Source: an uncultured Verrucomicrobiae bacterium
GTDB lineage: Bacteria > Verrucomicrobiota > Verrucomicrobiia > Chthoniobacterales > UBA10450
Direction of reading: 5' to 3'
DNA: 64,000 bases
Assembly: GCA_963815455.1 (NCBI GenBank)
Contig: CAWFGO010000001.1
Coordinates: 288,001-352,000 of the forward strand
Made by a program: the position numbers and the translations under genes
The notes under the pieces: generated by a model
What the model saw: the letters and a program-made list of their open reading frames with translations, nothing else
Told to the model about the DNA's origin: nothing
Databases searched by the model: none
Shown here: one piece after another, positions 22,132 to 33,141 of the stretch
Position numbering within the stretch: position 1 is the first letter of the stretch
How the letters are laid out: the number at the start of each line of letters is the position of its first letter

Positions 22132-23431
22132 TTATTTCACAGGCGAGCCCGCCAACGAGTGCAACCCAAGTATCGTCACCTTGTGGCGATAGGTATGTCC
22201 GTTACTGCTGTCGTCGTGAAGGACGGAGTGGAGTTTATAGCTCAATGTCCCGGTGGACGCATTGACTGGCTTATCATATTTCAAATTGTCTATCCAAACG
22301 CCAATTTCTCTCACGTGGTGATCATCACACGGATAGTCCAGATCCCAGCCTGTGAGCATTGGGATCGCATAGGCGTAGGGAATATTGTCGATGATAAATT
22401 CTTCAGTTTGTACACTCGGCACTCCGCCAAGGCAGGCCCCAAAAAATCCCGTGTCTTCGCCGGGCAAAATTGAAAATGGCGGCTGTATCACGCTCACATC
22501 AGGGCCACCCATGGCCGAAACCAACTCGCCGAACTCGTAATCTCTCCTTGCGTCATTGTCCTTGTAGATCGCGCACGTGTTCCAGCTCACAAAACCCGAA
22601 TCAACGTGCCCGGTGGGAGGCGGGCTCGGCAGTGGATCGAGCTTGCCGTCGGCCTTTTCGATAGGACTGGTGCTGCACGAATGTCTCGCTGTGCTCCAGA
22701 TTGTAAGCGATCTGAAGCAAGTGGTGATCACGGCCTCCCGTCCACGCAAATCCGAATCCACGCGGCAGGACAGCTACAGACTGGTTGGGGCCGAAATTGG
22801 CGTTTTGAAGAAAGGTGGGGAAACAGGAGAGAGCGGTTGTAGCGTTCTCGTTTGAGGCAGCAAAGAAATTGTCCGACGCGCTGGGCGCGCCGCTACCCTT
22901 GCAAAAGGAATCGGCATCGCCCTGATCCACAACGGCGTGGAGATTGGCGTCGTTCCAGGCAACCACGGTGAAGTGGTAGCGCCAGGCAATCGACTTATCG
23001 AAACCATCGTCCGCCAGGATGCCTGCCGCGTTCCAGGTCAGCTTTCCTTCCCGTCCGGTCCGTTCCAGTTTAATTTTCCCGATCAATGTCGCCACGGCTG
23101 CGACGTGATGGTCCGCGTTATAATTTAGTTTCCAGCCGTTAAGAAACACCGTCGCCTGATTGGCGTACTCGGGGATTGCCACGCTTTGCTCCACCTTAAT
23201 GAATGGCTTGTTGTGGATCTCGGCAGAGCCCGAACCCTCCATCACCTTAATCGTTCCCGGATCTTCAAAAACGGTTGTCGGCGGATCGCTAGAGACTGGC
23301 GTCAACGGCAAATCGTTGATGAGCTTACAAAGCTCCGGGTTCGGAGGATGGTACTTGCATCCAGCCGGAAGGATGAGCAGACCGACCGTCGCAATAACGC
23401 TAACAAGACCTAGCAGTCGCTTTATCTTCAT
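22132..23431 (-). CDS. Putative lipoprotein with three internal repeats; frameshift near 22657
   Basis: Lipobox PAGC; ORFs 22601..23431 and 22132..22761 join at an A4 run; repeated G(W/F)...DHH(V/L). Confidence 0.7.
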
Positions 23432-23520
23432 CGTATTGCCTCGTGTTCGTCGTTAAGGCCTACTTGATAAGTCCACTGCCCGACCCTAAGCAAGCCAATA
23501 ACTCGCCCCGGAGTTCTCGG

Positions 23521-24738
23521 TTATTCGTAGCGCAGGGCTTCGATCGGATCGAGCTGCGCGGCCTTGCGCGCGGGATAGAATCCGAAAAAGATTCCGACGG
23601 CGGCGCTGAAGAGAAACGCGACGACGATCGAGCTCGGAGAAATCAGCGAGGGCCAGTGCTTGAACGCGGAGATCGCTTTGGAACCGACGACGCCGACGAC
23701 GATGCCGATAATCCCGCCGACCGAACTCAGCGATACCGCTTCGATTAGGAACTGGGTGAGAATATCGCGGCCATGCGCGCCCACCGCCATTCGTGTGCCG
23801 ATCTCCCGGGTCCGCTCAGTGACGCTCACCAGCATGATGTTCATGATGCCAATACCACCGACCACAAGCGAGACGCAGGCGATGGCAAACAATAATCCCG
23901 TCATGACGTCAGCCGTGGCGGTGGCGGCTTCGGCAATTTCCTCCTGCGTGCGAACGGTAAAATCGTCATCGCGCCCGGGACGAATATTATGCCGCTGTCG
24001 AAGCAAGCTGATAATTTGGTGTTGCCCGGTGGCCAGATCCTGCGGGTTAGCCATTTGAACGTCGATGTTGCGCAGGGTCGTTCCGCCGGTCACGCGTTTC
24101 ATCGCGCTCGTGTACGGCATAATCACGATATCATCCTGATCCACGCCTTGCGTGCTTAATCCTTTTCGCGCCAATACTCCCGTCACCACAAACGGAACAT
24201 TTTTGATGCGCAACACCTGACCGATCGGGTCCTCGCCGCCGAACACTTGCGCAGCAGTCGTGGCCCCGATCACACAAGTCTTATTCGCGCTCCGCACATC
24301 CTGTGGCGTAAATAGCACCCCGTCCGCCAGCGCCCATTGCCGAATATCCAGATAATCGGCGGATTCGCCGTAAATCCGGGTAAACCAATTCTGATTTCCG
24401 GCTGCAACCTGTGATGTCGATACCACCTCCTCGCTCACGGCGATCACTCCGGGCACTTCCCGCCGGATTGCTTCCGCATCTTCAATTTTCAAGGTCCCTG
24501 CCCCGCCCCAGCCCGTTCGAATTCCGCTCGAGGTCGTGCTGCCGGAAAAAACCAGGATCACATTTTCGCCCAGACCGGCGATCTGCGCTTCGACTTGCGC
24601 TTTCGCGCCGTTCCCAATTCCCACCATGGCAATCACCGCGCCCACACCGATGATGATGCCGAGCGCGGTCAGCACGGAACGAAGCTTGTTCCGCCGCAAT
24701 GCGCGAAAGGCGATTTTGAAAGTGCGTCCAATCAGCAT
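23521..24738 (-). CDS. MacB-like ABC transporter permease
   Basis: GGIGIMNIMLVSVTERTREIG; LDPIEALRYE. Confidence 0.95.
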   Translation of the reverse strand: MLIGRTFKIAFRALRRNKLRSVLTALGIIIGVGAVIAMVGIGNGAKAQVEAQIAGLGENVILVFSGSTTSSGIRTGWGGAGTLKIEDAEAIRREVPGVIAVSEEVVSTSQVAAGNQNWFTRIYGESADYLDIRQWALADGVLFTPQDVRSANKTCVIGATTAAQVFGGEDPIGQVLRIKNVPFVVTGVLARKGLSTQGVDQDDIVIMPYTSAMKRVTGGTTLRNIDVQMANPQDLATGQHQIISLLRQRHNIRPGRDDDFTVRTQEEIAEAATATADVMTGLLFAIACVSLVVGGIGIMNIMLVSVTERTREIGTRMAVGAHGRDILTQFLIEAVSLSSVGGIIGIVVGVVGSKAISAFKHWPSLISPSSIVVAFLFSAAVGIFFGFYPARKAAQLDPIEALRYE

Positions 24739-24752
24739 GGCAGGATCGACAA

Positions 24753-25532
24753 TTACATTGGTGAAGGCTCGTCGACGTTCATCAACTTTTGCGCCTCGAT
24801 CTGGGCGTCGAGCCGCTGCGAGACCGCGCGGTCGCTTTGTACCAGGCCATCGCGCATGACCACATCCCGCCGCGCATACAAAGCGATGTCGGGCTCGTGC
24901 GTTACCATGATGATGGTAATGCCGCGTTCGTTGAGCTGTTGAAACACTCCCATGATCTCAACGCTGGTGCGGCTGTCGAGGTTACCCGTTGGCTCATCGG
25001 CCAGAAGAATTTCCGGCTCGTTAATCAAGGCGCGCGCGATGGCGACACGTTGCTGCTGGCCGCCGGAAAGCTGACTCGGATGATGATCCTCGCGGCCTTG
25101 CAGCCCGACCGAGGCAAGCACCGCATCGGCTTTCTCCCGCAATTGCGCATTATTGAGTCGATGCCGGCCGTAAAGCAGCGGCAGCTCCACGTTTTCGCGA
25201 GCTGATGTTCGCGGCAGCAAATTGAACCCTTGAAACACAAAACCGATCTTACTGTTTCGAATATCGGCCAGTTGATCTCGATCCAGGTTTGAAACATCGG
25301 AACGATCCAGAAGGTAACGGCCGGCGGAAGGCCGATCGAGACAACCGAGAATGTTCATGAGCGTCGATTTGCCCGAGCCGCTGGCGCCCATGAGCGCGAC
25401 GAACTCGCCCCGCTTGATCTCGAGCGAGACGCCGCGGACCGCGCGCACTTCCATTTCGCCGGATCGATACGTCTTGCAAACGTTGTCTAACGAAACCAGC
25501 GCGCCATTTGCCGATGTCGATCCGCTGAACAT
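24753..25532 (-). CDS. ABC transporter ATP-binding protein (MacB/LolD-like)
   Basis: [27 protein letters not shown]. Confidence 0.95.
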   Translation of the reverse strand: MFSGSTSANGALVSLDNVCKTYRSGEMEVRAVRGVSLEIKRGEFVALMGASGSGKSTLMNILGCLDRPSAGRYLLDRSDVSNLDRDQLADIRNSKIGFVFQGFNLLPRTSARENVELPLLYGRHRLNNAQLREKADAVLASVGLQGREDHHPSQLSGGQQQRVAIARALINEPEILLADEPTGNLDSRTSVEIMGVFQQLNERGITIIMVTHEPDIALYARRDVVMRDGLVQSDRAVSQRLDAQIEAQKLMNVDEPSPM

Positions 25533-25542
25533 GTCGATCTTG

Positions 25543-26742
25543 TTAGAAGCGCCGCTGCTGCCCGCTAAATGGATTCGCCGGTGGCGACTGCGATGTTGCT
25601 GCCGTGCTCAACGCCGCCGTCACGACGCGATCTCCTTCTTTCAATCCCTCTGTGACCTCAGTGGAAATGCCGTCGCTGATCCCGACTTTTATTTGCACCG
25701 CCCTGGGCTGGTTGGAACCGGCAGGCAAAACGTAGATGGTCCGCTCGTTCCGGGGACCTTCGCGTGAAGCCAGCCCGTGCGGACCTGGCTTGGATGACCT
25801 CGCCGGCGACGACTTGGGCGGAGGCGTGCTGTCCGCGGGCCGGAAACGAAATGCCGCGTTCTTCACCTGCAGGGCATCATCGCGTTGGGCCACGATAATC
25901 GACACATTGGCGGTCATTCCCGGTTTCAATTTAAAATCGGCATTGTTCACGCCGATCACCGTGTCGTAAGTCACAACGTTTTGCACCGTGATCGGCGCAT
26001 TGCGCACCTGCACAACTTTCCCGTGAAACGTGCGGAACGGAAACGCGTCCACCGTAAAATCGACGTCCTGATCGATCGTCACCACGCCGACGTCCGCCTC
26101 GGCCACGTTGGTGTCGATCTGCATCTTGGTCAGATCGTTGGCGATCGCAAAAATTACCGGCGCCTGCAAACTCGCGGCAACGGTTTGTCCAACATCGACA
26201 TTGCGCGAGATGACCTCGCCATCCACCGGCGAAGTGATCGTGCAATGGTCGAGATCCGCTTTGGCCCGGGCGAGCGCGCCCTGTTTAATTTTCACGTTTG
26301 CCTCCGCCTGATGAAGAGTTGCCATCGCCTGATCGACATCGGCCTGGGCCGAATTTTTCTTCGCGAACAATTCCTGGGTCCGCACGGCGTTTAACTTCGC
26401 CAGTTCCAGCGCGGCCTGGGCGTTGGCCAAGTCGCCCTCGGCCTGCGTCACCGCAGCTTGAAACAGGACCGGATCGATCTGCGCCACCACCTGACCCGCT
26501 TTTACCTTCGAATTAAAATCGGCGAACAGCTTTTGAATATTGCCCGACACCTGGCTGCCCACCTGCACGTTGACCACCGGATTCAATGTTCCCGTCGCGG
26601 TCACGGCCTGGGTCAGTGGCCCGCGCGTCACGACGGCGGTTTGATAATTTCCTCCGCTCCCACCCCGCCGGCATTGGCGCACGACGAACAGGAGCATCAA
26701 CATAGCAACCACGGCCACTACGATTGGAAAAAAACGCTTCAT
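25543..26742 (-). CDS. Periplasmic adaptor subunit (MacA/HlyD-like)
   Basis: [34 protein letters not shown]. Confidence 0.93.
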   Translation of the reverse strand: MKRFFPIVVAVVAMLMLLFVVRQCRRGGSGGNYQTAVVTRGPLTQAVTATGTLNPVVNVQVGSQVSGNIQKLFADFNSKVKAGQVVAQIDPVLFQAAVTQAEGDLANAQAALELAKLNAVRTQELFAKKNSAQADVDQAMATLHQAEANVKIKQGALARAKADLDHCTITSPVDGEVISRNVDVGQTVAASLQAPVIFAIANDLTKMQIDTNVAEADVGVVTIDQDVDFTVDAFPFRTFHGKVVQVRNAPITVQNVVTYDTVIGVNNADFKLKPGMTANVSIIVAQRDDALQVKNAAFRFRPADSTPPPKSSPARSSKPGPHGLASREGPRNERTIYVLPAGSNQPRAVQIKVGISDGISTEVTEGLKEGDRVVTAALSTAATSQSPPANPFSGQQRRF

Positions 26743-26788
26743 CGGGCAAAGAGTTGACTTCTCATACAACTAAAGACAGGAAAACCTG

Positions 26789-27583
26789 GTGCGGCGTTAC
26801 ATCGACATCTACTCCATCATGCTGCGCAACTCGCTCATTCGCGAGCTGAGTTTCAAGGCGAACTTTCTCCTCTGGATGCTTGTCGAGGTCCTGTGGTTCG
26901 TCGGCCAGATCGTTTTCTTCAGCATTATCTTCGGCAATGTCGATCGCATCGCGGATTGGACAAAATGGGAAGTGATCCTTCTCGTCGGCACCCACCAGAT
27001 GATCGCCCAACTTTTCCAGGCCTTCTTTTTTGTAAACGTGGCCAACATCCCGGAACTAGTGCGCACCGGAAAGCTCGACTCCCTGCTCGTTCTGCCGATC
27101 GACAGCCAGTTCGCTGTTTCCACTAAACAATTCAGCCTCGACAGCGTGGTCAACGCCGGCCTCGGCGGCGTGGTGGTTTGCGTATCGCTGTCGCGCCTCG
27201 GCGTCGTGCCCAATCCGATGTCGATCCTCCTTTACCTGACCGCGCTCGGTTTTGGCGTCGCGGTGCATTACTCGATCATGCTCAGCCTGGCCGCGGTGAG
27301 TTTTTGGATCGTGCGCGCCCAAGGGCTGGTTTACGGCTACTTCAATTTTCTCAATATCGCGCGTTATCCCGACGTGATTTATCCGCGACTTTTCAAGTTC
27401 ATTTTCAGCTGGCTCATCCCGGTCGTAATTATCGCTAATATTCCCGCGCGCCTCCTCATCAAACCGCTCAGCCAGCCGGCCTGGCTCATGTTTCATCTCA
27501 TCGCCGCCTCATCTCTCTTCTTCTGGTTTTCCCGGTTGTTCTGGCGCTTCGCTCTGCGCCACTATTCCAGCGCCAGTTCGTGA
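26789..27583 (+). CDS. ABC-2 family permease (DUF990-type, second subunit)
   Basis: VRTGKLDSLLVLP; ARYPDVIYP; ALRHYSSASS. Confidence 0.88.
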   Translation: MRRYIDIYSIMLRNSLIRELSFKANFLLWMLVEVLWFVGQIVFFSIIFGNVDRIADWTKWEVILLVGTHQMIAQLFQAFFFVNVANIPELVRTGKLDSLLVLPIDSQFAVSTKQFSLDSVVNAGLGGVVVCVSLSRLGVVPNPMSILLYLTALGFGVAVHYSIMLSLAAVSFWIVRAQGLVYGYFNFLNIARYPDVIYPRLFKFIFSWLIPVVIIANIPARLLIKPLSQPAWLMFHLIAASSLFFWFSRLFWRFALRHYSSASS

Positions 27584-27792
27584 TTCTTCTCGAGCAGGCT
27601 GTAGAGTGCGCTGTCCTCAGCAGATCTCCCTATTTTCATTCGTGTTCGTTGGTGTTCATTCGTGGTTAAAAAATGGCCTAAAACAGAAGCGATTTTTTTG
27701 GCCGAATCCGCTTGCGCCCCAGGGGAATTGTTCTTAATTAAGCCTCCCCTTCGGGCAAAGACCCAAAAACAAGCCCAAACAAGCCCTTAACT

Positions 27793-28494
27793 ATGGCTAA
27801 GCCAAAGAAAAAAACAGGTTCGACGAAGAAGTCTGCTGCAGGCAAAGCGCCCAAGCCGGCACGGAAGGCGTCTGCCAAAAAACCGACCCCGAAAAAGGCG
27901 GGCCGCGTCTCGACGAAACCCGCAAAACATTCGCCCAAGATTTCCAAGGGTAAGAAAATTGTCATGGACTCGCCTGCGCAAATGGTCGGCCAAAACCATA
28001 GCAACAAAAAACCGAGAAAACTCGATCCGTTCACGCGCAAACAGAAGGACAACCTTCTCCACCTCCGCGATGCCATGGTCGATTCCATGACTGGCGTTGC
28101 CCAGGACACGCTGCGCTCGCGCGCGGAAGGGAGCGAGGCTTCGGCTTTCGGCATGCATCAAGCCGATGCCGGGTCGGACGCATACGATCGCGATTTCGCG
28201 CTAAGTTTGCTGTCGCAGGAACAGGACGCGCTTTACGAGATCGATCAGGCGCTGAAACGCATCGAGCTCGGGACCTACGGAATTTGCGAAATGTCGGGCA
28301 AATCAATTCCTCGCGCCCGGCTGGAGGCCATCCCGTTCGCGCGTTTCACGGTGGAATGCCAGTCGCAGCTCGAGAAACAAAATAGAGCCTCTCGGGTCCG
28401 GCAATCGGTCACCTCGCTCTTTGGGCTCACTGACGAGGATGGGGCCGAAGGCGAAGAGGAAGAAGCCGCGACGCCAGCCGAGACCAAGGAGTAA
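27793..28494 (+). CDS. dksA: DksA/TraR family transcription factor with Lys/Ala-rich N-terminal tail
   Basis: [13 protein letters not shown]...[14 protein letters not shown]...RLEAIPFAR. Confidence 0.88.
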   Translation: MAKPKKKTGSTKKSAAGKAPKPARKASAKKPTPKKAGRVSTKPAKHSPKISKGKKIVMDSPAQMVGQNHSNKKPRKLDPFTRKQKDNLLHLRDAMVDSMTGVAQDTLRSRAEGSEASAFGMHQADAGSDAYDRDFALSLLSQEQDALYEIDQALKRIELGTYGICEMSGKSIPRARLEAIPFARFTVECQSQLEKQNRASRVRQSVTSLFGLTDEDGAEGEEEEAATPAETKE

Positions 28495-28496
28495 GA

Positions 28497-28670
28497 ATGG
28501 CCCAGGAAATCATCACTCTCGAATGCACCGAGGCGAAAGCGCTCGGTCAACCCGTCTCGCGTTACATGAGCAAGCGGAACAAGAAAAGTCCGCGCACCCC
28601 GAACCGGCTGGAAAAAAAGAAATACAACCCGTTCTTGCGGAAGCACACCTTGCATCGCGAAACCAAATAA
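28497..28670 (+). CDS. rpmG: 50S ribosomal protein L33 (not in ORF track)
   Basis: Manual translation [12 protein letters not shown]...[21 protein letters not shown] (57 aa). Confidence 0.95.
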   Translation: MAQEIITLECTEAKALGQPVSRYMSKRNKKSPRTPNRLEKKKYNPFLRKHTLHRETK

Positions 28671-28676
28671 CACCCC

Positions 28677-28916
28677 ATGGAACCCAAAACCGCCAAACGC
28701 CGTTCCGCTTTTCGTCGCGCCAATCGCACCATGCCGCGGCGCAGGATCGACATCGCCATCGAAGCGATCGATTACAAGAATCCCGATCTCCTCCGAAAGT
28801 TCGTCACCGAAAGCGGCAAAATTCTCCCCCGCCGCGTCACCGGAATGCCGGCGCATCTGCACCGACGGATCACCCGCGAAATCAAGCGCAGCCGCTCAGC
28901 GCTCTTGATGAAATAG
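28677..28916 (+). CDS. rpsR: 30S ribosomal protein S18
   Basis: [26 protein letters not shown]. Confidence 0.96.
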   Translation: MEPKTAKRRSAFRRANRTMPRRRIDIAIEAIDYKNPDLLRKFVTESGKILPRRVTGMPAHLHRRITREIKRSRSALLMK

Positions 28917-28965
28917 TGGCATCGGCATCCTGCCGATGACCTCATGCGCTGGAAGCGCATGCCAC
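28916..28965. repeat. GTGG-type REP doublet between convergent genes
   Basis: gtggcat...atgccac; sister copy at 51168-51223. Confidence 0.75.
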
Positions 28966-29333
28966 TACACCTTCCGCGTCTTCTCCGCTTCCTCGATCAA
29001 TTTCCAAAACTCGCGGGTCTGGCCAAGTTGGGCGTCTTCGGAGAGCGGCAGTTTGCTGCGGAAAAGAAAATCGCGAAACGTGTTCTTGTGCAAAACACGG
29101 TGAACCTTGATCCCCTCCTCCGTCTTGGCGAAATAAATTCGATAATCCTTCGCTCGATAACGATATAGCTTCTTTCCCTTGCGTTCGATCACACCGAACC
29201 GCTTGGAATCGAGCCGGTCCAAGTCTTCCGGCAGGATCTGAAACTCGGCCAGCAGCTCAAGCTGCAACGATTTCGGCAGGGCCGAGAGTTCGGCCGCGCT
29301 TAACTCGTTGAAAATGATCTGGAACATGAACAA
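28965..29333 (-). CDS. RelE-fold-like protein
   Basis: FQIIFNELS...LYRYRAKDYRIYF...VHRVLHK resembles RelE/ParE. Confidence 0.7.
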   Translation of the reverse strand: MFMFQIIFNELSAAELSALPKSLQLELLAEFQILPEDLDRLDSKRFGVIERKGKKLYRYRAKDYRIYFAKTEEGIKVHRVLHKNTFRDFLFRSKLPLSEDAQLGQTREFWKLIEEAEKTRKV

Positions 29334-30422
29334 TCAAAGATAGACACGCTGAACCCGCGCGCCAATGCGCGTGATGATTTCCCACGTAATGGTCTGGGCT
29401 TTCTCAGCCAGCTCGTGAGCAGAAATTTCCTCGTTCCCCTGCCGTCCCATCAGGACGGCTTCGTCGCCAACATCGACATCGGCGACATGCGAAACGTCGA
29501 TCATGATCAAGTCCATTGTCACTCGGCCCAGCAGCGCGCAGCGCTGGCCGCGAACCAGCACAGCGGCATCGACATTCGAAAGATGGCGTGGATAGCCATC
29601 GGCGTAACCGCACGTCAGCGTTGCAATACGCATCTTCTTCGGCGTAACAAACGTGCGGCCGTAGCTGATCGAGCTTCCCTTTGGCATTTCGCGAATCAGA
29701 CCAATTCGCGTTTTCCAGGTCATGACCGGGTGCACAAGTTTTTGAAATTCCGGCAATGGCGAGATCCCGTAAAGCATGATACCGGCGCGCACGATCTCGA
29801 ACGTCGGCTCGTTGAACGCCAGTGTCCCGGCGCTTTGCAATACGTGCGTCTTGTAACTGCCCGGAACTTTCTCGCGAATTTGCTCAACGATTTTTCGAAA
29901 TCGAATTAATTGCTCGCGCGTGTATTGCGCATCCACATCCGAAACCGGCATGTGGGTCGAGATGCTGTGGATGTCGATGTTTGGCAATTTGGAAACACGC
30001 TTGAAAATCTCCAACGCCTCGCCTTCCACCGCGCCCATCCGTCCCATTCCGGTATCGATCTTGAAATTGATCGAGACTTTGCCGAGCTGGTCAAAAGCTT
30101 CGGCTTCGGCGAAATCGGAGATCGTCGGGATGAATCCTCGCTCGGCGATTGTCGATCTTTCCCCCGGGACGGCGGGACCGAGAATGATGATCGGATGCGC
30201 GAGCGACTCGCGCAGCGCGATTGCTTCCTCGAGATTGGCCACGCCGAACAGTTGCGCGTCGTCCGCCAGCGCTGTCGCTACACCGACCAGGCCGTGCCCG
30301 TAAGCATTGGCCTTGACGATGACCAGCATCTCGGCTGATCCGATCTTTTCGCGAACCACGCGTGCGTTATGGCGCAGCGCGCTTCGATCAATCTCGGCCC
30401 AACAGCGATAAGTCTCTTTCAT
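29334..30422 (-). CDS. alr: Alanine racemase
   Basis: VKANAYGHG, KIDTGMGRMG, GYADGY, GRVTMD. Confidence 0.96.
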   Translation of the reverse strand: MKETYRCWAEIDRSALRHNARVVREKIGSAEMLVIVKANAYGHGLVGVATALADDAQLFGVANLEEAIALRESLAHPIIILGPAVPGERSTIAERGFIPTISDFAEAEAFDQLGKVSINFKIDTGMGRMGAVEGEALEIFKRVSKLPNIDIHSISTHMPVSDVDAQYTREQLIRFRKIVEQIREKVPGSYKTHVLQSAGTLAFNEPTFEIVRAGIMLYGISPLPEFQKLVHPVMTWKTRIGLIREMPKGSSISYGRTFVTPKKMRIATLTCGYADGYPRHLSNVDAAVLVRGQRCALLGRVTMDLIMIDVSHVADVDVGDEAVLMGRQGNEEISAHELAEKAQTITWEIITRIGARVQRVYL

Positions 30423-31006
30423 TTCGTGATGTGCGGTTCGCGCATATAAATCGGTTCGAGCGGTGGCAAAGAAAAGCCGCGGTGCGGGTCTTGCGCAAGT
30501 CGAGCCAGCAACAGCGCAGAGGGATAGCGCATTACGGCGCGCTCAAATTGCGGGAGCGGCTCCGACGTGAAGATCGACATGTTCCGGTCAACGCCATCGA
30601 GTCTATCTTTCAGTTCCTGTTCGCCAAGCAGCGTCGGACCATCGACAAGCCCATTCTCGCGAACATGGGCAAAGAAAAAAGATTTCCGACGCGCATCGCC
30701 GATCACGCAGTATTCAGCACCTTCCATGGCACAGATCGATGGATAACCGATCAACCGCGCGCCCGATGCGGCCTGCAACCCAATCGCGGTCGAAATCGCG
30801 ATCCGCGTTCCAGCGTAGGATCCCGGACCGAGCCCCACAATAATTGTATCGGGCGTACCGAACTTCTTTACAACGATGTCGATGTTCTCGAAGAAGGCGG
30901 CCGAATTCTTGCGATCGTTTGGCCATTCTCGAAAAAATTCAGTGTCATCATCCAAACGCGCCACACTGCCGCGCGCGGTAGAAAGTTCGAGCGCCAGAAT
31001 TTTCAT
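30419..31006 (-). CDS. tsaB: tRNA threonylcarbamoyladenosine biosynthesis protein TsaB
   Basis: MKILALELS...GPGSYAGTRI...DARR...EPIY. Confidence 0.92.
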   Translation of the reverse strand: MKILALELSTARGSVARLDDDTEFFREWPNDRKNSAAFFENIDIVVKKFGTPDTIIVGLGPGSYAGTRIAISTAIGLQAASGARLIGYPSICAMEGAEYCVIGDARRKSFFFAHVRENGLVDGPTLLGEQELKDRLDGVDRNMSIFTSEPLPQFERAVMRYPSALLLARLAQDPHRGFSLPPLEPIYMREPHITK

Positions 31007-31416
31007 CTCGGTGTAATGGCGCGAGTGTTTCCCGATTTGATTTCGAAGTCGATCCAGCGTGCCTGTTCCGGAATCAGTTCGGGGAAACGGTCGGCCCATT
31101 CGATTACCGAAACGCCGTCACCAAAAAAATATTCGTCCAGGCCGAGCCGGTCTGCGTCTTGTCGATCTCGCAGCCGGAAAAAATCGAAATGATAAACCGG
31201 CAATCGGCCCTGTGAATATTCATGGATGATGGTGAAGGTGGGGCTGGTCACAACCGCTGCGCCCTTAAGCGCAGCGACCAGGCCTTTCACAAATTCCGTC
31301 TTGCCGGCGCCGAGATCGCCTTTGAGCGCAAGCACGGCGCCCGGCTTGATTTCTTTGGCAAAGCTCCGGGCGAAGTCTTGCGTCTCAGCTGGACTATTGG
31401 AAATGAACGTAGCCAC
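31003..31416 (-). CDS. tsaE: tRNA threonylcarbamoyladenosine biosynthesis ATPase TsaE
   Basis: GDLGAGKT, VTSPTF, YHFDFFRL, IEWAD. Confidence 0.95.
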   Translation of the reverse strand: MATFISNSPAETQDFARSFAKEIKPGAVLALKGDLGAGKTEFVKGLVAALKGAAVVTSPTFTIIHEYSQGRLPVYHFDFFRLRDRQDADRLGLDEYFFGDGVSVIEWADRFPELIPEQARWIDFEIKSGNTRAITPR

Positions 31417-32332
31417 TTCTTAATTTTCGATTTTCGGTCCGAGCCGGACGGGCATCTTTCGATTTTCGATCTAATCGTCCGATTCGCGTCAGCAGGAGCT
31501 TCGGGAACTTTTTCCGCCAACTTGTTTCCAATCGTTTTCGGTCACGCGGCGATACGGCGAAGAGCAGTTCGTAATCTTCACCGTCGGAGATGGCGTTGTC
31601 GACGGTGGCGCCGCGATTGAGCGGCAAGCGGTCGATGTCGATCTTAAAACCGGTTTTGCTGGCGCGGGCAAGACGCGGGAGGTCGGCGCCGAGGCCGTCG
31701 CTCAAATCCATCATGGCGTGGATCGAAAAATTTTCCGTGAGCCAGCGCGACTCCGTAATGCGCGGCATGAACCGCAAATGTTTTCCATCGATCGCACCGC
31801 CAAGGCGTCCAGTGACGAAAAGATCGTCGCCCGGTTTTCCGCCACGACGCGAGGCCCAGCGCGCCTTTTCAACCAAGCCAACCACGCTTACGGAAATGAC
31901 CGCCGGCCCGGGCGTGCCGCTCATTTCTCCACCTACGATGCTAACATGAAAGCGCATCGCAGCTTTTCCTAACCCGCGATAAATCCTTGTCACCCAATCG
32001 CTGTTCGTTTGCTTGGAAACGATAAGGGTGATGAGCGCGAACTCAGGCAGAGCGGAAGTGGCGGCAAAATCGCTGAGGGGACGCATCATCGCTTTCCAGC
32101 CCACGTCGAGAGGATTGGCCCGTGGCAGGAAGTGGACGCCTTCGACCACGCAATCCGTCTTGAGCACAATCAAGTCGGCGCCAGAAGCACTCCGGACCAC
32201 TGCGCAATCGTCGCCGGCGCCCGCCACCACCGATTTCGCCCGGGGAAGACGAGGGATCAGTTGAGCGAGCATCCGGTCTTCGCCCAGTTCGCGCAGGCGA
32301 ATCCGGCGGGAGACGGATTGTTTCAATTTCAT
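31394..32332 (-). CDS. thiL: Thiamine-monophosphate kinase
   Basis: GDDCA, VEGVHF, DLSDGL, GEDYELLF. Confidence 0.94.
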   Translation of the reverse strand: MKLKQSVSRRIRLRELGEDRMLAQLIPRLPRAKSVVAGAGDDCAVVRSASGADLIVLKTDCVVEGVHFLPRANPLDVGWKAMMRPLSDFAATSALPEFALITLIVSKQTNSDWVTRIYRGLGKAAMRFHVSIVGGEMSGTPGPAVISVSVVGLVEKARWASRRGGKPGDDLFVTGRLGGAIDGKHLRFMPRITESRWLTENFSIHAMMDLSDGLGADLPRLARASKTGFKIDIDRLPLNRGATVDNAISDGEDYELLFAVSPRDRKRLETSWRKKFPKLLLTRIGRLDRKSKDARPARTENRKLRSGYVHFQ

Positions 32333-33129
32333 TGCGGACTGAGCTCCGGAAAAGCGAGCGCGGTCAGAGAGACCGCATTGAAAACTGAATGCATCGTCAT
32401 GGAAACGAGAATAGAGCCGCTCCATTCGTAGGCGATGGCCAGACACGCGCCTAGGACGAGGAGTGGCGCGAACGACGGCAAATGGGTATGGACGGTAGCG
32501 AAGAGAAGTGAAGTGAAGGCGATGCCGACAAACCGGCCGGAGTAGCGCCGAACAACACCATAAATAAAGAAACGAAACAGAAACTCCTCCACCACGGGCG
32601 CAATCACCACGGCAAAAACAATGATCATGATTCGTTGATCCATCGTGTTCGAAGCGCCAAAAAGCTCGACGATGCTCTGTTTGCTTGAAGCGTCTCGGAG
32701 AAAAACCTGCGTGAGGCTCTCGGCCAGCATGAGCAACGGATAAGCCGCCAGCAACAGGATTATGCCTGTGCTCACCGCGCGCAGAAAACTAATTCTGGAG
32801 AACCCGGCTAACGAATCCAGGTCGAATCCACGAAAGGTGAGGAGGGCCACGATGAACAGGACAATCGCCACGTTGACCAGCAGGTTTTCCAAAAGCACCC
32901 GGCTGTTTATTTCGACTGGCTGGCCGGAAAATGATGCCTTCACCCCCAGCAAAAGAATGAGGACCAAAAAAGTGGCAAAGCCCGCCTCAGGCAATCCGAA
33001 TCTTTTTTCCGATTCGATGTCGATCGGCGCAGCGCGCGCATTAATCTGTCGAACCAGAGCCAAGTAGATGTAAGCGGCCAGAACGAGGAGAATGCCTCCC
33101 AGCGCCACTAAGAGGCCATCGGGTAACAT
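32329..33129 (-). CDS. CPBP (CAAX/Abi) intramembrane metalloprotease
   Basis: APVVEEFLFR, FATVH, HSVFN. Confidence 0.92.
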   Translation of the reverse strand: MLPDGLLVALGGILLVLAAYIYLALVRQINARAAPIDIESEKRFGLPEAGFATFLVLILLLGVKASFSGQPVEINSRVLLENLLVNVAIVLFIVALLTFRGFDLDSLAGFSRISFLRAVSTGIILLLAAYPLLMLAESLTQVFLRDASSKQSIVELFGASNTMDQRIMIIVFAVVIAPVVEEFLFRFFIYGVVRRYSGRFVGIAFTSLLFATVHTHLPSFAPLLVLGACLAIAYEWSGSILVSMTMHSVFNAVSLTALAFPELSPQ

Positions 33130-33141
33130 GCGTCCCGTTGC

